Positions 43,051 to 43,301 of a DNA stretch of 43,301 nucleotides are shown here, piece after piece; position 1 is the stretch's first letter, and each line of letters opens with the position of its first letter. Under the pieces are notes generated by a model. The model made no database searches, was not told the DNA's origin, and worked only from the letters and a program-made list of their open reading frames with translations. The stretch is from a bacterium. GTDB lineage: Bacteria; Patescibacteriota; Minisyncoccia; Minisyncoccales; CG1-02-41-26. Both the position numbers and the translations under genes were made by a program. Location: positions 1 to 43,301 of the forward strand of contig JAGYMG010000001.1 in NCBI GenBank assembly GCA_018400675.1. The letters are read 5' to 3'.

Positions 43051-43301
43051 CTAGAACATTATCTCTTCTTCGTTTCTCTTATAATGGAAGATATCTTCAG
43101 CCGCAAACCAAAAACCTAATTCATGCTCTACTTCTTCTGGGCTCTCTGAAGCATGGACAATATTATGGATAGATCGCTTTTCCCGATTAGCTGCTGTAGC
43201 ATCATCTACTGAAAAATCACCCCTAATTGTCCCCATCTCTGCTTTGGATGGCATCGTATCACCGGTTACCTTCCTCACCATCTCGATAGCATGCACACCC
43301 T
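43051..43301 (-). CDS. ndk: Nucleoside diphosphate kinase, C-terminal part (gene runs off the window)
   Basis: GTIRGDF, the active-site context NIVHASES (usually N.vHGSDS), and an E.E..FWF-type tail. Confidence 0.85.
   Translation of the reverse strand, partial: GVHAIEMVRKVTGDTMPSKAEMGTIRGDFSVDDATAANREKRSIHNIVHASESPEEVEHELGFWFAAEDIFHYKRNEEEIMF

Noticed and set aside
1-43301. CRISPR arrays, IS elements or transposases, integrases, prophage genes and rRNA genes.
   Set aside because: No spaced direct-repeat arrays were seen, and no ORF carries transposase, integrase or phage hallmark motifs. No rRNA-like sequence was noticed. The only repeat-like items are the 11-nt pair and the inverted-repeat element near ndk.

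Overview
This 43.3 kb window is AT-rich (about one third G+C by eye) and almost entirely minus-strand coding. All calls come from reading the ORF translations and the raw sequence; no database search was run.

**Ribosomal core (about 12.9-42.8 kb).** This part is a fused str / S10 / spc / alpha ribosomal super-operon: rpsL-rpsG-fusA-tuf-rpsJ...rplO-secY-adk-map, then infA-rpmJ-rpsM-rpsK-rpsD-rpoA-rplQ-rplM-rpsI.
- There is no L30 gene between S5 and L15.
- Many ribosomal proteins carry Lys/Glu-rich extensions.
- A 7.6 kb block of non-ribosomal genes sits between map and infA.
- Together these features look like a reduced CPR/Patescibacteria-type genome.

**Left 12 kb.** It carries holB, mreB, murA (Asp at the fosfomycin-target Cys position) and an IspD/TarI-like cytidylyltransferase, followed by an accessory stretch:
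- a SAM methyltransferase;
- a sensor histidine kinase that is split by one in-frame TAG and whose kinase core lies in a GC-rich, foreign-looking segment.

**Most interesting finding.** A compact four-gene RiPP operon of the linear azole-containing peptide (TOMM) type sits at 4298-7566. It consists of:
- a near-consensus promoter;
- a 59-aa Cys/Ser/Thr/Gly-rich precursor ORF that is absent from the ORF track;
- a YcaO cyclodehydratase;
- a SagB-type dehydrogenase;
- an Erm-type 23S rRNA adenine methyltransferase.

The three enzyme genes are joined by ATGA overlaps. I propose it makes a ribosome-targeting azole peptide with target-methylation self-immunity.

**Right edge.** It has rpmB, tRNA-Pro(GGG), a partial ndk, and a candidate ~140-nt rod-shaped small RNA with its own promoter and terminator.
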